A stretch of DNA of 51,572 nucleotides from Octopus bimaculoides (lineage: Eukaryota): the NCBI RefSeq assembly GCF_001194135.2, contig NC_068989.1:68693085-68744656 (forward strand), written 5' to 3'. Below are positions 49,184 to 51,572 of the stretch, in pieces; the first letter of the stretch is position 1, and each line of letters opens with the position of its first letter. A model generated the notes under the pieces. That model worked only from the letters and a program-made list of their open reading frames with translations, had not been told where the DNA came from and did no database searches. Position numbers and translations under genes: made by a program.

Positions 49184-49760
49184 ATAGGTGAGTTCAGTAA
49201 AAAAATTAGATTCAAAATTGAATGTGGCACTCGAGTATAGGCACCAGAATATAGTATGGTATTATCCAAACAATTCCAAAAACAAGGTGATCAGAAATCA
49301 AAAAGCAACACGGATTTTAAAGGTTATTGCAGTACGCACGTTTCGTGCTACTCCATTTATTTAAGTAATGCGACCAATATATATATATATAATTATTATA
49401 AGATCTGGTAATTAGTCATATATTAATATATTAATTAATATCGGTTAATTATCAGGGGGCCAGCACATTTAAAGAATCAAAGAGATTCAGAAATATTATC
49501 TGCAATCTCAGGGGATTAAGGTACATTTTAAAAACAACGTCGACCACTAACGTGGACAATTAATGCGCTAGAAATAGATCACATTTTGTGTCTATTAAGA
49601 CCTAAAAAGTTCTCAACATGAAATATAGCAGCATACCAAAAACGTGAGCGGGCAAGACATTTAAAATCACCTAAAAAAATCATTATTAAACAGGAACCAG
49701 GTTTCGGATTTAACAAATTCTTACCATTTGTCTATTCCTCATCAGCCTGATTTATATATA
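49180..49760 (-). mobile_element. Penelope-like element pLTR remnants
   Basis: Carries one full hammerhead motif (49691-49749) and a hammerhead 3' half (49329-49351). It retains CpGs and is bounded or interrupted by (TA)n. Confidence 0.45.
49691..49749 (-). ncRNA. Minimal type-I hammerhead ribozyme motif (Penelope-like-element type), core intact
   Basis: Minus strand reads CAGG-CUGAUGA-GGAAUAGACAAAU(GGUAAGA)AUUUGUUAAAUCC-GAAA-CC(U)GG-UU-CCUG. Stem I is CAGG/CCUG. Stem II is 13 bp with two mismatches and one G-U. Stem III is the near-palindrome AACCUGGUU, with a GUU cleavage triplet. Confidence 0.75.
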
Positions 49761-50849
49761 TTTCTCTTTTCTTCATAAAAATTATTCTTCATTAAAACAT
49801 TATTTATTGGAAAACCACCTTATCTCATTGAATTCCATAATTTTCTTTTATAGGACCCTGCAGTTTCTCAAACCCTACTTTGAGAAATATTGCTATAAGG
49901 TAATTAAATATGAGTAACTAAATGCAAAAGATGTGGAAATTTTAGAAGTGTAGGCTTAGTCTAATTATAATATTCCTTTCTGCTATGGGCACAAGACCTG
50001 AAATCTTGGTGGGAGGAGTAATTCACTGATACTTTTATCAACCCCTACTGAAAGGATGAAAAGCAATGTGAACCTCAGTGAAATTTGAATAATGATAATA
50101 ATAATAATAATTATAGTAATAAAAGGCTTATTGTATACAATGTTTAGGAACAGTACAAGATCTCTTGTTATTTAGTTTATAGTTTATAAGAAATGTTGAA
50201 AATAATTGAACCAAAGAAAGTGGCTGCGCTTCTCCTTCCTTTCAACTAATTTACCATTAGTTTTATTGCTTTCTGAAAGAGAAAAAAAAGCTTAAGATTT
50301 ATTTCTGACACCCAACAATTTTTAAGTACTCTTGTACTAACTTAGTTTGATATAAAACTGACATTGGCAGTGAAAGTATGACTGATGATGATGATAATGG
50401 TGGTAGTGATGATGATGGAGGAGGAGGAGGGTGGTGGCGATTATGATAATCAGCAGTATCAAGGGCTCTTAACCAGCAAACCCAAAGAAGATAACAAACC
50501 CCACCACTCCAAGCTGGAATTTCCATATTGATTATCTTGTCGAATCATATATTTTGCAAATTTGTTTTTTTTCTTTAATGGTCATTGCTGTGTAGTTAAG
50601 AAATTTGCTTTGCAATTACATGGTTTTAGGTCCAACCCCAACGTGTGGCAAGTGTCATCTTTTATAGCACTTGACCAATGCTTTGTGAGTGAATTCCGCT
50701 GATGGAAACAGTGGAAAACTGTCGTGTGTGTGTGTAATCATCATTATCATCATTTTCATGTCTACTTTTTCGTGCATGGATGGAATTTGTTGAGGCAGAT
50801 TTTCTACACCAGGTACCTGTCAGAAACTTCACCTGTTTCTGAGTAATTC

Positions 50850-51265
50850 TTTATTCTTTTATTCTTTTACTTGTTTCAGTCATTTGACTGCGGCCATGCA
50901 GGAGCACCACCTTCAGTCAAATCAAATCGACCCCAGGACTTATTCTTTGTAAGCCTAGTACTTGTTCTATCGGTCTCTTTTTGCCGAAACGCTAAGTTAC
51001 GGGGACCTAAACACACCAGCATCGGTTGTCAAGCGATGTTGGGGGGACAAACACAGATACACAACATATACACACATACATATATATATATATACATATA
51101 TACAACAGGCTTCTTTCAGTTTCCGTCTACCAAATCCACTCACAAGGCTTTGGTCGGCCCAAGGCTATAGTAGAAGACACTTGCCCAAGGTGCCACGCAG
51201 TGGGACTGAACCCGGAACCATGTGGTTGGTAAGCAAGCTACTTACCACACAGCCACTCCTGCGCC
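50850..51265 (-). mobile_element. tRNA-derived SINE type A1 (CORE-like head, GAAACAAGTAAAAG tail), full length, young
   Basis: Head GGCGCAGGAGTGGCTGTGTGGTAAG...GGTTCAGTCCC...ACCTTGGGCAAGTG, a central (TA/TG)n, and tail GACTGAAACAAGTAAAAG(AATAAAAG)n. CpGs are retained. Confidence 0.9.
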
Positions 51266-51572
51266 TATGTAAGGTAATATTTCCCCATGACCAGACAGAT
51301 TTTCAGGTTATGGAGGGAAAATGCATGTGTGTCTTTGTGTTAGTGTTCTCTACTGCTTGACAACCGGTTTCGGTTTGTTTATGTCCATATAGCTTTACAG
51401 GACAGCAAAATAGACTGATAGAATAACTACTGGAACCAGTTTGTTCAACTAAACCCTTCAAGGCTGTGCCCTTGCATGACTGTAATCCAGGTAAAAGACA
51501 AAAGATTATTGAAAGAATTTTCAAAGTGTGGAGTAGAAAGAAAAGTATATTTACAAAAAAAAAAAAAAAAAA

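Noticed and set aside
50871-51360. ORFs of 68-132 aa with recurring peptides (STKSTHKALVG, EDTCPRC, YQIHSQ)
   Set aside because: They are chance frames across SINE copies; the same peptides recur wherever the SINE occurs.

Overview
This is AT-rich eukaryotic genomic DNA with three assembly gaps (9792-10756, 34748-34825, 37142-37182). It is almost entirely non-coding and repeat-dense, probably intronic or intergenic. The SINE repertoire and microsatellite load look like an octopod cephalopod (Octopus sp.); this is an inference from recalled repeat families, not a database match. No protein-coding gene can be named. A few short + strand segments have good splice signals and may be exons of a long-intron gene. 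The window contains dozens of tRNA-derived SINEs of at least four types, about ten copies of a piggyBac-like TTAA MITE (one nested in another), hAT/Charlie, mariner and Tigger derivatives, and a Tx1-like LINE 3' end. The most interesting signal is a set of minimal type-I hammerhead-ribozyme motifs of the kind linked to Penelope-like elements. One has an intact core (49691-49749). Two are U3-A8 core variants sitting in the arms of a 124-bp inverted repeat (17439-17826). One lies downstream of a tRNA-Ser-like Pol III head, giving a SINE-ribozyme chimera (about 28060-28305). Nearly all ORFs in the supplied track are artefacts of microsatellites, SINEs or N runs. Repeat boundaries are approximate unless TIR/TSD positions are given.
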